Below, piece after piece: positions 45,580-54,968 of a DNA stretch of 64,000 bases. Source of the stretch: a virus; IMG/VR virus record IMGVR_UViG_3300031576_000008, positions 41,994 to 105,993 of that record. One strand, 5' to 3'. The translations under genes were made by a program, and so were the position numbers. Below the pieces are notes generated by a model. It saw nothing but the letters and a program-made list of their open reading frames with translations. It was not told the DNA's origin and searched no databases. Numbering within the stretch: position 1 is the first letter of the stretch; every line of letters starts with the position of its first letter.

Positions 45580-47120
45580 CAGTTCCCTTTCTCCTTGAGG
45601 GAGCGCAGTCGTTCCGTGAACAGCTTGCGCGGGGGATAGTCGGCGGGCGCGATCTTGAGGAGCATCTCAATATCAGAGATGGCCCCCTTGACGTCGCCAC
45701 GGATGGACCGGATCTGGGCCCGGTTGCCATAGGCACCCAGCGCCTTCGGATTAAGCTCGATCATCCGATTGAAGTCGGGCAATGCCCCGTCATAGTTCTT
45801 CATCTGCATGTAGGCCGTGGCTCGTGCGCCCAGCGCATCTGTCGAATTCGGGTCGATCTTGAGCGCGTCGCTGGCGTCCTCGATGGCGGCGATGTAATCG
45901 AGCTTGTAGACCTTCGCGACAGCCCGATTGGCGAGTGCGGTGACGTTGGTTGGATCGGACTTCATCGCTGCGCTGTAATGCTCGATGGCGCGATCGTAGT
46001 TGCCGTTCTGCATGCAGACCATCGCCTCGTAGATGGACTTCTGCGCGTCCTTCCGGCGGGACTCCTCGGCGGCGCGCTTCTTCTCGTCCTCCGCACGCTT
46101 GGTCTCCTCCGCGCGCTTTTCGCCCTCTCGCTTGGCCTTCTCATCGGATGCCAGCCGGTCACGCTCCACCTTCTCGTGGGCGGTCTTGAAGCCTTCCTCG
46201 GCCTTCTTCTTCTGCCAGATGATGATGCCTACGGCCGCAAGAGGAAGAAGTGCACCCAGCACCACGGCCGTGATCAGGTTCCTCCGGCGGAACATGAACT
46301 TCTTGGCGCGATAGATGACGCTTGGAGCGTGAGCGAGGATCGGCTCCCCCTTGAGCCAGCGGTCAAGATCGGCGGCAAGTCCGCCAGCCGTCTGATAACG
46401 CGCCCGCTTGTCCTTTTCGAGGCACTTCATCACGATTGTCTGAAGCTCGGAGTCCACATCCTCGATGGGCTGGGGGTCGTCTTCCTCGACCCTTTTCAGG
46501 GTTTCGTAGATCGTCTTGCCCTTGAATGGACTCTGGCCCGCCAGAAGCTCGTAGAGTGTCACACCGAGCGAATAGACATCCGTCCGCTCATCGACCTTCT
46601 CCCCACGGGCCTGCTCCGGCGACATGTAGGACGGCGTGCCTACGATCAGGCCGGAGGCGGAGAGATTGGATGCGCCCTTGGTAGAACGTGCGAGTCCGAA
46701 GTCCATGACATAGACGCGGTGTTTCCGATTCTTCTCCTCGACCATGATGTTGGCGGGCTTGATGTCGCGATGGATGACGCCTTCCCTGTGCGCGAAGGCG
46801 ATGGCCCGCGCCGCGTTCATCATGAGCCGGACGAGCAGCTTGACATCGCCTCCATGAATGATGTAACCGTTGATGTACTGCATCGCGATGTAGTGGCGTC
46901 CATGGTCCTCGCCGATTTCGTAGACTGACGCGATGTTGGGGTGATTGAGCTTGGCGGCCAGCTGCGCCTCGCGGTGGAAACGGGCCAGCTGCTCCTCGTC
47001 GAAACCCTTCATGAATTTGAGGGCGACCCGACGGTCGAGCTCCGTGTCATGAGCAAGCCAGACCTCGCCCATGCCGCCTTCGCCAAGCTTTTCCTCGAGC
47101 ATGAACTTTCCGAGGTTCAT
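45579..47120 (-). CDS. Hanks-type Ser/Thr kinase with a TM helix and TPR repeats
   Basis: LGEGGMGEV, VALK, HRDIKPAN, DFGLA, GTPSYMSPEQ, DVYSLG; hydrophobic helix; about four TPRs. Confidence 0.95.
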   Translation of the reverse strand: MNLGKFMLEEKLGEGGMGEVWLAHDTELDRRVALKFMKGFDEEQLARFHREAQLAAKLNHPNIASVYEIGEDHGRHYIAMQYINGYIIHGGDVKLLVRLMMNAARAIAFAHREGVIHRDIKPANIMVEEKNRKHRVYVMDFGLARSTKGASNLSASGLIVGTPSYMSPEQARGEKVDERTDVYSLGVTLYELLAGQSPFKGKTIYETLKRVEEDDPQPIEDVDSELQTIVMKCLEKDKRARYQTAGGLAADLDRWLKGEPILAHAPSVIYRAKKFMFRRRNLITAVVLGALLPLAAVGIIIWQKKKAEEGFKTAHEKVERDRLASDEKAKREGEKRAEETKRAEDEKKRAAEESRRKDAQKSIYEAMVCMQNGNYDRAIEHYSAAMKSDPTNVTALANRAVAKVYKLDYIAAIEDASDALKIDPNSTDALGARATAYMQMKNYDGALPDFNRMIELNPKALGAYGNRAQIRSIRGDVKGAISDIEMLLKIAPADYPPRKLFTERLRSLKEKGN

Positions 47121-47190
47121 TGGTTACTCCTGTCTTGCTCAAGATTGGCAGCGCGGAGACCTCCTCCGCATTCATCTGCCTCCAGATTGT

Positions 47191-47688
47191 CTAGCTATCT
47201 TCTCCACGCATGACGCCCGGCAGCTCTTCGCCACTTCGTGCGAGCCGGATGAGTTCGTCCTCCTTTTCCTGCGTCCAGCGGCTCCGTTCGCGCAGATAAA
47301 GAATCTTTTCTGCGGCCGCCACGCTGATGCCGAACTCGAATGCGGTTTCCTGCACATGCGGATTTTCAGTCTGCAGCATGTTGCGAATCGCATCCGAGCA
47401 CGTGAGGTCACCTTGGGCACGGGCCGATGCCCAATCAATAGCGACCTGCTCGTCTGGTATGGGGAAGAGATGTCCTTCCTTTTCGAGCTCGGCCCGGTTG
47501 GCGAGGACAAATCCATCCTTGGTGTCGATGATGACTTGCGTGATCGATTTTGGCAGCCGTACGCCAAATTGCGTGCTGATGACACCAATGACGTCGTTCT
47601 GCAGCAGCTTCTCTGCTTCTTGCCGCGTGATTCTATGACCTTTCATGCCAGATCTCCAATTGTTCAATAATCTTTCCCTTTTACTCAC
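47191..47688 (-). CDS. hypothetical protein
   Basis: 165 aa; AEKILYLRERSRWT. Confidence 0.55.
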   Translation of the reverse strand: MSKRERLLNNWRSGMKGHRITRQEAEKLLQNDVIGVISTQFGVRLPKSITQVIIDTKDGFVLANRAELEKEGHLFPIPDEQVAIDWASARAQGDLTCSDAIRNMLQTENPHVQETAFEFGISVAAAEKILYLRERSRWTQEKEDELIRLARSGEELPGVMRGEDS

Positions 47689-48204
47689 TCAGGAAGTTCT
47701 CGATCAGCAGGGCGATCGGATCCGCCTGCTCCCCGGAGCGTCTCGCTGCGCTCCTCATTGTCGGCGATCCGCGCGAGGACGCGGTGCGCCTCGGCGAGGA
47801 CTTTCCGCTCGGCAGGCGAGAGCTTCTCGATGCAGGGCTCACAGGTCCCGTAGACGCCGTCCTTGCCGCACGCCTCACACTGGTTCGCCTTCCGCGTGCA
47901 GTCGATGCAGAGATTGAGGGTCCGCCCACTGGTCCGCTCGAACGTCGCCGCGAGCGGCTTCGCGTCGATGAGCGCGTGTTCGCACCACTCGTCCGCGACC
48001 GGCTGGACCTCTTCGAGTCGCTTCATCGGAATGGCCCTCCAACAAGTATCCAAAGAATAAAGGGTCGGAAGAAGCAATGCAGAACGCCTGCATTGATTGT
48101 CTTCTCCCAGCCCAGAAGGAGTTTCTCTTGGATGCTCGACGCACGAGCACCCAAGAGAGGGCACGACCCCGAGAGGAGCCGTGCCCCATGCGAGAGAGAG
48201 GGAA

Positions 48205-48633
48205 CTAGCGCTTGAAGCACTTGCACCGGGCGAGCTCGCCGGAAAGCGGCTGGAGCTTCTCATCGAAGAGGAGCCAGCCGTTCTCGCCGACGAGGACGAT
48301 CTTCGCCTTGGTCCGATCGCCGTCCTTGAGCTCGGTGCACTTCTCATCGGAGTGCAGCGCGCCCTTCTGGACGATGCCGTCCATCGTCCGGAACTCGACC
48401 TTGGAGGTCGAGACCGGCTTGGGGACGACTTCCACGGTCGTCTTGCCGTCGGGCGTCGTGGAGATCTTGATCACGTCGCCGGCTGGTTCCGGCTTGGGCG
48501 GGCAGCAGGAGTCCGTTTTGCGCAGCTGCACGATGGGTCTGATGACGCCCGTCATGTAGAGCGCGAGGGACACGAGGGAGATGAACAGGACGAAGGACTT
48601 GAGGTTGGAGCCCGGAGTGAGTTTGTCGCTCAT
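48205..48633 (-). CDS. membrane-anchored hypothetical protein
   Basis: N-terminal hydrophobic helix. Confidence 0.6.
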   Translation of the reverse strand: MSDKLTPGSNLKSFVLFISLVSLALYMTGVIRPIVQLRKTDSCCPPKPEPAGDVIKISTTPDGKTTVEVVPKPVSTSKVEFRTMDGIVQKGALHSDEKCTELKDGDRTKAKIVLVGENGWLLFDEKLQPLSGELARCKCFKR

Positions 48634-48635
48634 GG

Positions 48636-48692
48636 TTTCGATTCCAAGTGGGTTTGAAAAACCGGGAGGGCTGGCACAGCGCCAGCCCTCCC
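48636..48692. repeat. divergent copy of the twin-hairpin intergenic element
   Basis: TTTCGATT-CCAAGTGG-GTTTGAAA plus a GGGAGGGCTGGC/GCCAGCCCTCCC hairpin 7 nt from the upstream stop. Confidence 0.45.
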
Positions 48693-48699
48693 AAGGAGA

Positions 48700-49542
48700 C
48701 TACGCCTTGATGCCGAAGGTGAGCGCCCAGCGCAAGACGTTGACGAAGGCGCTCTGGCTGCTCTCACCCGCGATGATGACGACGAGGAAGATGGCGAAGT
48801 ACGCGACCGGGATGGACCACCCGTACTTCTCGATCCACGCCTTGGCCCGGGGCCACGCCTTCGTCCGGGGCCACCACCGCGTCGGGGGATGGATGGGCTC
48901 ATAGCGCCGGAACAGGGACTGCAGGATCTTCTTCCAGAAGGAGATCGGAACCGGCTTCTGGGATTCCTGCGCCGGCTCCTGCGCCATCGGCTCCTCCTTG
49001 GCCGGAGGCTTGCCTGTGATCTCGAGCTTGATGATGTTGGGATTCTCCTCCGGACTGACCATGGCCGGAGCGTCATCCCTCATACGCTCGGCGTTCTCGA
49101 GTTCGGCCTTGCGCTCCTCGAGCTCGACGCCGAGCTGCTTGCCCAGTGCGCTCGATGCCGCGAGATCTGGCTTGACGCTACGAAGCCGCTCGATCTCGTT
49201 CTTGGCGACCTCGAGAAGACCCTTCGTCTCCTCGAGCTGTCCCTTGAGACGCTCGACTTCAATGAGCGTCTGGCGGTGCTTGGCGATCTCGCCCGAGATG
49301 GAGAAGTCGGCGACCATCATGTCCGACTTCTGGAAGGCCTGCGGGATGGCCTTTAGCGCCTCGAAGAACGAGAGCTTCTGCGACGTCCGTGCGCTCGGGA
49401 CGAGAGTCCAGAATCCCGGCCCCACCAGCCACGCGAGCAGCCGGTGCTTCCAGCCCAATTCCTTGGGCAGCGGAAAGTGCACCATGTTCCAGACGAACCA
49501 CGTGATGACGATCGCGATGAGGATGCCAAGGGTCCAAAGCAT
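48700..49542 (-). CDS. membrane protein with coiled coil
   Basis: Hydrophobic termini; start ATG 49542. Confidence 0.6.
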   Translation of the reverse strand: MLWTLGILIAIVITWFVWNMVHFPLPKELGWKHRLLAWLVGPGFWTLVPSARTSQKLSFFEALKAIPQAFQKSDMMVADFSISGEIAKHRQTLIEVERLKGQLEETKGLLEVAKNEIERLRSVKPDLAASSALGKQLGVELEERKAELENAERMRDDAPAMVSPEENPNIIKLEITGKPPAKEEPMAQEPAQESQKPVPISFWKKILQSLFRRYEPIHPPTRWWPRTKAWPRAKAWIEKYGWSIPVAYFAIFLVVIIAGESSQSAFVNVLRWALTFGIKA

Positions 49543-49885
49543 AGGACCCCTCCTTGAAAGAAAAGATGGTCTCTTGGCCTGATGCGGAACGCCCGCATCT
49601 AAAAGGCCCGTGCTACTTCTTCTCGTACTTCTCGATGGCTTCGATGAGTTCCTTGCTGAAGCGCTGGTCGCGCGCCTCATTCATGAGCTCTTTGCGCGTC
49701 TCCGGCGGAAGCTGGTGAAGCTGCTTCATGATGGCGTCCACGTTGAGCTGCTTCCACGCGTTGAGCATCTTGATGACGCTATTGATTGATGACCCGTCCA
49801 TTCAGTCCTCTTCTCGTCAAATGAACAAGGGCAGGGCGAAGCGCGGAGTCTCCTCCGGCAACCTCTTCGCCCTGCCCCGTTTGTG

Positions 49886-50830
49886 CTAGATGGTGGGGGT
49901 CATCGGCATGATGAGGGGCTCGCCGCACCTCCCGATGGCCTTGCTGATCGCCTCGGCCAGCCATGCGGCTGGGACGCGCGACGGGGTCAAAGCCGGGGCC
50001 TTGTAGGTGCCGCGCGCCGCGAGGAACCCGGCGGCGTGGAAGAACCAGCTCTGGATCTCGTCCGATGCGCACTCCTCGATGATCGGGCGGACGATCGTGC
50101 CGAGGTTGAACGTCTCCTCGGAGTTGCGCACGGCCCCGAGATTGAAGCCGTCGATGAAGACGACGACCTTGGCCCCCGCCTCGAAGAGGAGCCCGTTCGT
50201 CATCTTCGACTTGGCGTTCTCGATGAGGGCGACCTGCTGATACCACCTCGCCTTGATCGCCTCGGCCTGCGCCCCCTCGCGCTCGAGCGCGGCCTCGTAG
50301 ATGGCATCGAGGATTTTCGCCATCTCGACGAAGACCTTGATGTCCTCGCCGTAGATACGCTCGTAGATGGTCCTCAGGCTGGCGAGGTTGCACAGCCAGA
50401 GAGATGCGGGCACATCCTTACGACCGACGGGCGTGCCGTCGTCTCGGAGCCAGCCCTGCTCCGAGATGATGCCGAAGATCCCGTCGCCAGTCGAGTCCTG
50501 CTCCTCGACGAACTCCGTGAGCGGGAAAAGCGCCTTTGAGAGGCCCGGATCGGCCACCTTCTCGATGACGCTGGCGAACGCGCTCATGACGCGGACGGAC
50601 CCGTCGATCATCGTGCGCTTGTGGCCCTTCAGGCCCTTGCCGCCCGCCTCGATGTCAAGGGCGACGTCGCCCGGGCCGATCTCGGCCCCGTTCCAGTTCG
50701 CGGGGACGAACTTGACCGACGAGAGCATGTCCTCGATGCCCCGGCCGAGGACGAACCGGATCCACGCCCACACGGACGCGATCGCGTCGAGGTCGGGCTT
50801 GATGTGCGTGTAGATCGTCATGATCCACAT
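49886..50830 (-). CDS. DHH/MYG1-like phosphoesterase
   Basis: YTHIKPDLDAI, DVALDI, EQDSTG, WFFHAAGFL. Confidence 0.55.
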   Translation of the reverse strand: MWIMTIYTHIKPDLDAIASVWAWIRFVLGRGIEDMLSSVKFVPANWNGAEIGPGDVALDIEAGGKGLKGHKRTMIDGSVRVMSAFASVIEKVADPGLSKALFPLTEFVEEQDSTGDGIFGIISEQGWLRDDGTPVGRKDVPASLWLCNLASLRTIYERIYGEDIKVFVEMAKILDAIYEAALEREGAQAEAIKARWYQQVALIENAKSKMTNGLLFEAGAKVVVFIDGFNLGAVRNSEETFNLGTIVRPIIEECASDEIQSWFFHAAGFLAARGTYKAPALTPSRVPAAWLAEAISKAIGRCGEPLIMPMTPTI

Positions 50831-50897
50831 GCCTTTCTGGGTCTGTGACCCATGGGTTGCGAAGAGCAGTCGCGGAGAACGCCTCCGCGAGAATCTG

Positions 50898-51155
50898 CTA
50901 GCCGACGATCGGCTTCGTGACGCAGGCGACCTGCGTCTTCCTGTTGATGCGCTTGATCATGTACTCCTGCCCGTTGAGCGTGACGAAGTCCCCGCCGTCG
51001 AGCTTGGCCGACAGCTGGATCTCTTCACCCGCGATCCCCTGCCGGCGCGCCCACAGATAGGCCTCCTTCAGGTCCTCCGCCGCGAGCGCGAACGCCTTCG
51101 TCCGGATCTGGAACTGCCGCTTCCCGACGCTCACCGTGGTCATGCTCTCCTCCAT
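50898..51155 (-). CDS. hypothetical protein
   Basis: Start ATG 51155 or the internal MTT. Confidence 0.5.
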   Translation of the reverse strand: MEESMTTVSVGKRQFQIRTKAFALAAEDLKEAYLWARRQGIAGEEIQLSAKLDGGDFVTLNGQEYMIKRINRKTQVACVTKPIVG

Positions 51156-51201
51156 TGCCTTATGGTTCTGGCAGTGTCGAGAACGCCTCGACAAGTGCTG
51201 C

Positions 51202-51519
51202 CTAGTTCTCCGCCGTGATGACGTCCTCGAACTGGTTGGCTTCGCGCTGATTCTTGAGCAGGCCCAGCTTGAGCAACTGGTCGCACCAGTTCTGGACTTC
51301 GTGCTCCGCGTCCGCCATGCACGGCACAAGCTCGTGCGCGGCCTTGATGCTCGCGACAACGCCTTCTTCGCCACACGCGCTCTCGGGCATCCTCTCGATG
51401 CGCCGGACCATCCGAGGCATCAAGCACCACTTGCACTTGAAGATGGGCGAACCATCTCCTTCCGGGTTCGTCACGGTGGCCCCGGAAGCGCAGTCCTTCT
51501 GGCAGACATCGCAGATCAT
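51202..51519 (-). CDS. small zinc-binding protein
   Basis: AGGAGG RBS; CDVC..CKWC. Confidence 0.6.
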   Translation of the reverse strand: MICDVCQKDCASGATVTNPEGDGSPIFKCKWCLMPRMVRRIERMPESACGEEGVVASIKAAHELVPCMADAEHEVQNWCDQLLKLGLLKNQREANQFEDVITAEN

Positions 51520-51546
51520 GTTTCCTCCTATCCGAGTTCGGGCGAA

Positions 51547-51606
51547 TGCCCATGAGTCCCTCCAAGTGGAGGAGCTTATGGGCAGGCCTCCCATTGCTGG
51601 GAGGCC
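51547..51606. repeat. twin-hairpin intergenic repeat, copy 1
   Basis: TGCCCAT..CTCCAAGTGGAG..ATGGGCA (38 nt) plus GGCCTCCCA/TGGGAGGCC. Confidence 0.85.
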
Positions 51607-51613
51607 ATGCCAC

Positions 51614-52120
51614 TTACTGGGGAGTCTTGTGCTCCGCCTCTTCCTTGGCCTTGCGTTCGTCGCGCTTCTTGCGGATCTCGACGATCTCGGCCTTGGCCTT
51701 CTCGATCGCGGCCTTCCGCTCGGCCGGGCTGTCGAACTCGTAGTAGTCGTAGCAGAGATCGACCTCCGTCTCGGCGCGGTCGATGTCCCGGCACATGGAG
51801 CAGACCATGTATTCCTCGTGGGTCTCATGGTCGGTGAGGCCGCTGACATCGGTGCCCCGGTGATGGCACCAGTCGCAGGTCCACTCTTCCTTCTCGGCCT
51901 CGCGGTTGCAGTCGAGGCAGAGTAGGTGAACCTCGCCGGGGCCGAAGCAGTCGCGCTCATTGTGCGCGACGACCTTCTGCTCGATGCGCTCGTTAAGAAG
52001 CCAGTTCCCCTTCTCGTCCATGACATGGGAGCAGCCGGTCGTGCCCTCATAGTGCTCGTTGTCGAAGCGCTCGATCGCCGCCTTGAGGTGGTATTCGCCG
52101 AGATTGTGAATGCCGCTCAT
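51614..52120 (-). CDS. Cys-rich hypothetical protein
   Basis: CLDC, CDWC, CSMC; start ATG 52120. Confidence 0.6.
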   Translation of the reverse strand: MSGIHNLGEYHLKAAIERFDNEHYEGTTGCSHVMDEKGNWLLNERIEQKVVAHNERDCFGPGEVHLLCLDCNREAEKEEWTCDWCHHRGTDVSGLTDHETHEEYMVCSMCRDIDRAETEVDLCYDYYEFDSPAERKAAIEKAKAEIVEIRKKRDERKAKEEAEHKTPQ

Positions 52121-52180
52121 GTGATTGCCGCCTTGTCTAAAGACATGAACTGGCAGCGCGCAGAACACCTACGCATCATC

Positions 52181-52236
52181 TGCCCATTGGATCCTCCAAG
52201 CGGAGGACCCAATGGGCATGGCTCCCGAAGGAGCCA
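52181..52236. repeat. twin-hairpin intergenic repeat, copy 2
   Basis: TGCCCAT..CTCCAAGCGGAG..ATGGGCA (38 nt) plus TGGCTCC/GGAGCCA. Confidence 0.85.
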
Positions 52237-52243
52237 ATGCCAT

Positions 52244-52420
52244 CTAGCAGGAGATCTCGAACCGCCCGAGGATCTCCCGTGCGGTTGCTGAAGGGTCATC
52301 CGTAATGATGACTTCGACCGGCTCGTCGAGTTCGCGGAGCGTCTCGACGTTCGCCTCGGCCTCGGACTCCCTACGGATCACGAGATGACTCTCTCCATTG
52401 GGAGCGGCGACCATCTCCAT
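52244..52420 (-). CDS. small hypothetical protein between repeats
   Basis: 58 aa, MEMVAAP.. Confidence 0.45.
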   Translation of the reverse strand: MEMVAAPNGESHLVIRRESEAEANVETLRELDEPVEVIITDDPSATAREILGRFEISC

Positions 52421-52421
52421 C

Positions 52422-52481
52422 TGCCCATTCGCCTCTCCAAGTGGAGGGGCGAATGGGCAGGCCTCCCATCGCTGGAAGGCC
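52422..52481. repeat. twin-hairpin intergenic repeat, copy 3
   Basis: TGCCCAT..CTCCAAGTGGAG..ATGGGCA (38 nt) plus GGCCTCCCA/TGGAAGGCC. Confidence 0.85.
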
Positions 52482-52488
52482 AACCCGT

Positions 52489-52947
52489 TCACGCGCGCTT
52501 ACGAGCCCGCTGCGCGAGCTCGTACTCGAGTCTCGCGTTCAGTCCCACCCACATCTCTGTGGGTTTGGCGGGCAGCCGGAGCATCGCCTCGCGCCGGTAC
52601 TCGCCAAGCGCGAAGAGCGTCTGCCGCAGTAACCCCGCCTCCACCCCGCGCAGGAAGTGGATCTTGTAGTCACGCTCGATCGAACGGACCACGTCCTCGG
52701 CGATGCCGAGGACTTCACGCCGATTGCTCGGCGTGTCGTACTGGTACCGCTCATTGCGGTTCAGACGCGCGCCAATGGCGTCGAACGCCTTGGGCCGCTT
52801 CTCCAGCAGACAGTACGAGTTGGAACTGAGGTGGAGACCCACCCCAGTCGGCCTATTGATGGCCGCGTTGTCGATCACCTCGACTTCGAGATAGACGCCG
52901 GCTGCCGTTACGGCGACGGCGTGGAACAGATGATGTTCTGTAAGCAT
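52489..52947 (-). CDS. hypothetical protein
   Basis: 152-aa ORF. Confidence 0.55.
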   Translation of the reverse strand: MLTEHHLFHAVAVTAAGVYLEVEVIDNAAINRPTGVGLHLSSNSYCLLEKRPKAFDAIGARLNRNERYQYDTPSNRREVLGIAEDVVRSIERDYKIHFLRGVEAGLLRQTLFALGEYRREAMLRLPAKPTEMWVGLNARLEYELAQRARKRA

Positions 52948-53000
52948 AACGAAGTCTTTCTGCTGTGGACATTAGGGCAGGCAGGAGAACTCCTCCTGCT

Positions 53001-53213
53001 TCATCTGCCCAGCTTGTCCAGAATGCCCTCCATCCGGCGGAGCCGGTTGAGGGCCATGGGGATGTTGGGATCAGGCCGGTCATCGAGGGAGAGGATCGCT
53101 TCTCTGATCTCGTGGCCGAACTTCTCCCTGATCTCGCCTGCGATCTTTGCGACCGCGTCCTTGACCTTCGCCTTGAGCCAGCCATCGACTGCAAGGCGCT
53201 CGTCATCGGTCAT
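53001..53213 (-). CDS. hypothetical protein
   Basis: 70 aa from ATG 53213 (AAAGGA RBS). Confidence 0.55.
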   Translation of the reverse strand: MTDDERLAVDGWLKAKVKDAVAKIAGEIREKFGHEIREAILSLDDRPDPNIPMALNRLRRMEGILDKLGR

Positions 53214-53289
53214 AGCATTTCCTTTCTGCCAGAGACCGTCTGGCGCGGTTTTCCAAAGGACCTCGAACCGGCCTCTTGTGGCTAGCAAG

Positions 53290-54250
53290 AGACCGGGAAA
53301 CGAGGTTCTTGGGAAGGGTCTCGTTTGCTCCTCTCCACAACTTCCGCCCCGTTCCGAACTTCGATCCTTGGGAGTGCCATGGATCGGCTTACCTGATCCC
53401 GCATTGCGCGTTCAGCAGGTGCCGGAGGGCGTTCGTTCTTTGTCCCGATGCTTACTGACCTAGGGGTCTGGGATTCGTCATCGGAGAACCAGAGGTGCCC
53501 ACGGACTTGTGGCTGCCCGCATACACCTGAATGCCAGCGCGATATCGCTAGGCTTGTGGCCCGCGTCTATATCTTCTACGGGATTGCTTGGAGACTTCCC
53601 TGTGATCTTTCATCCGACCTCCACCGTGGCCATGGAACCGTGACCGTTAGGGATTCGTCATCCCCCTCATGATCTACCACCTCTTCAACCTACTAAGGCT
53701 TACCCTGCCCGTTCGATCCAGTTCGACGTTTGCAGGAGCATTCGCTCCCGCGCCCGTCTGATGACCCTCACCCAAGAACCTCTTGCTTCCGCGACTACCC
53801 AAGCCGGAAGCGCCTTGTCCTTGGACTAGGTACCGTTTGAAGAGGCGACGTCTGCCTCACCCCACCCGTGTCCATGTGTGGGGGATATTGGCTTCGACCA
53901 TGCAGTCACTCGGCTTCGATCGAACGCCCAACCACCACCGAGCTACCCGTCGCCGGGTCTTAGAAGGGGCATAGGCTTGCGGCCCGAGCCAGTTCCTTCA
54001 TCAACCCTCCCAATTGTCGGTCACCCGTGTCGGCCGCTACCTGTCCGGTCGTCGTGGGTGTCCGAAAGATCAATCCCACTCCCAGAGGGAGGGGCATTGG
54101 AATTTGCCCCAGTCGCCCATTACCCGGGCTTGGCCGGTCCGTTGACTGACGACGGGCTACCGGTCTGACTGGAACCTGCCGGAGCGCATCAATCCCTAAT
54201 CCCGAAATTAAATATTCAGCTTGGTGCTGAACCCCTATTTCGGGCTTTTG
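53290..54250. ncRNA. candidate ~1-kb structured non-coding RNA
   Basis: No credible ORF; long-range complementarity GAGGTTCTTGGG(53302)/CCCAAGAACCTC(53771) and GGGCGTTCG(53427)/CGAACGCCC(53921); direct repeat GGGATTCGTCATC at 53470 and 53650. Confidence 0.5.
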
Positions 54251-54304
54251 GGAATCGACCGCCCTCGGCAAGCCTTCCTAACCATACCTTTAGGCTGATT
54301 TCCA

Positions 54305-54404
54305 CCCCTAGGGGGGCCTAGGGGGCCCCTTCCCGCACCAAGGCATTTGATTAATTAGTTGAATATTTAATTGGCTATTTATGGCCCCTAGGGCCCCCTA
54401 GGCC
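54305..54404. repeat. 14-bp IR around an AT-rich core (candidate origin or control site)
   Basis: GGCCTAGGGGGCCC (54315-54328) / GGGCCCCCTAGGCC (54391-54404); four CCTAGG; AT-rich 54344-54382. Confidence 0.55.
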
Positions 54405-54614
54405 GGCCAGCTCCCTGACCCTCTTCCCAGCCTTCTCGTAGAAGTGCCCGCAGCCGGCGCAGAACCACCCAGTCGTTTCGAAGGTTCCGGCATTGATCGT
54501 CACGGTCACCCCGTTGGGGTGGTAGTTCATATCGCAGGCCCCGCCGCACTCGTCGCAACAGTGGGAAGGAGCATCGGTCCAGAAGCCGTCCTTGGTTTCG
54601 TGGCGGTGCGGCAT
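54375..54614 (-). CDS. small zinc-binding protein
   Basis: CDEC and CAGC; GGAG RBS. Confidence 0.5.
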   Translation of the reverse strand: MPHRHETKDGFWTDAPSHCCDECGGACDMNYHPNGVTVTINAGTFETTGWFCAGCGHFYEKAGKRVRELAGLGGPRGHK

Positions 54615-54968
54615 TTGAATTTTTCTCCGAAAAACTGTTGACGCGCCCACCCAGTCAGGCTACTCTTTGGGCCATAGGGGCAACCGGCCGCAGGGGCTAA
54701 ATCGCAGAGCCCGATAAACGGCCCACTTAAAACGCGCCCGCGTGTTGGTGGACTGGTTCAAGGCTTCGAATCTAGGAAGCCCGAATGGCCCCTGCCCTCG
54801 CCCTCGCGGATCTACAGAAGCACACCATCCCTGCAGATCACAGGCACGTACCCACATCTCGCGGATTCTCTCCTTGGACACTTACCGTGATCAGGACATT
54901 CTCGATTCTTGAGATCACGAAGAAGTCAATTTGTGGAAATGATTGAGCCTCCTATGGAGGAAAAGAAA

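Noticed and set aside
51547-52481. CRISPR array
   Set aside because: Repeats are separated by whole genes of unequal length, vary internally, and no cas genes are present.
53295-53770. Hammerhead ribozyme (GAAAC at 53297, CUGAUGA at 53758)
   Set aside because: Stem I does not abut CUGAUGA and stem II cannot be formed convincingly.
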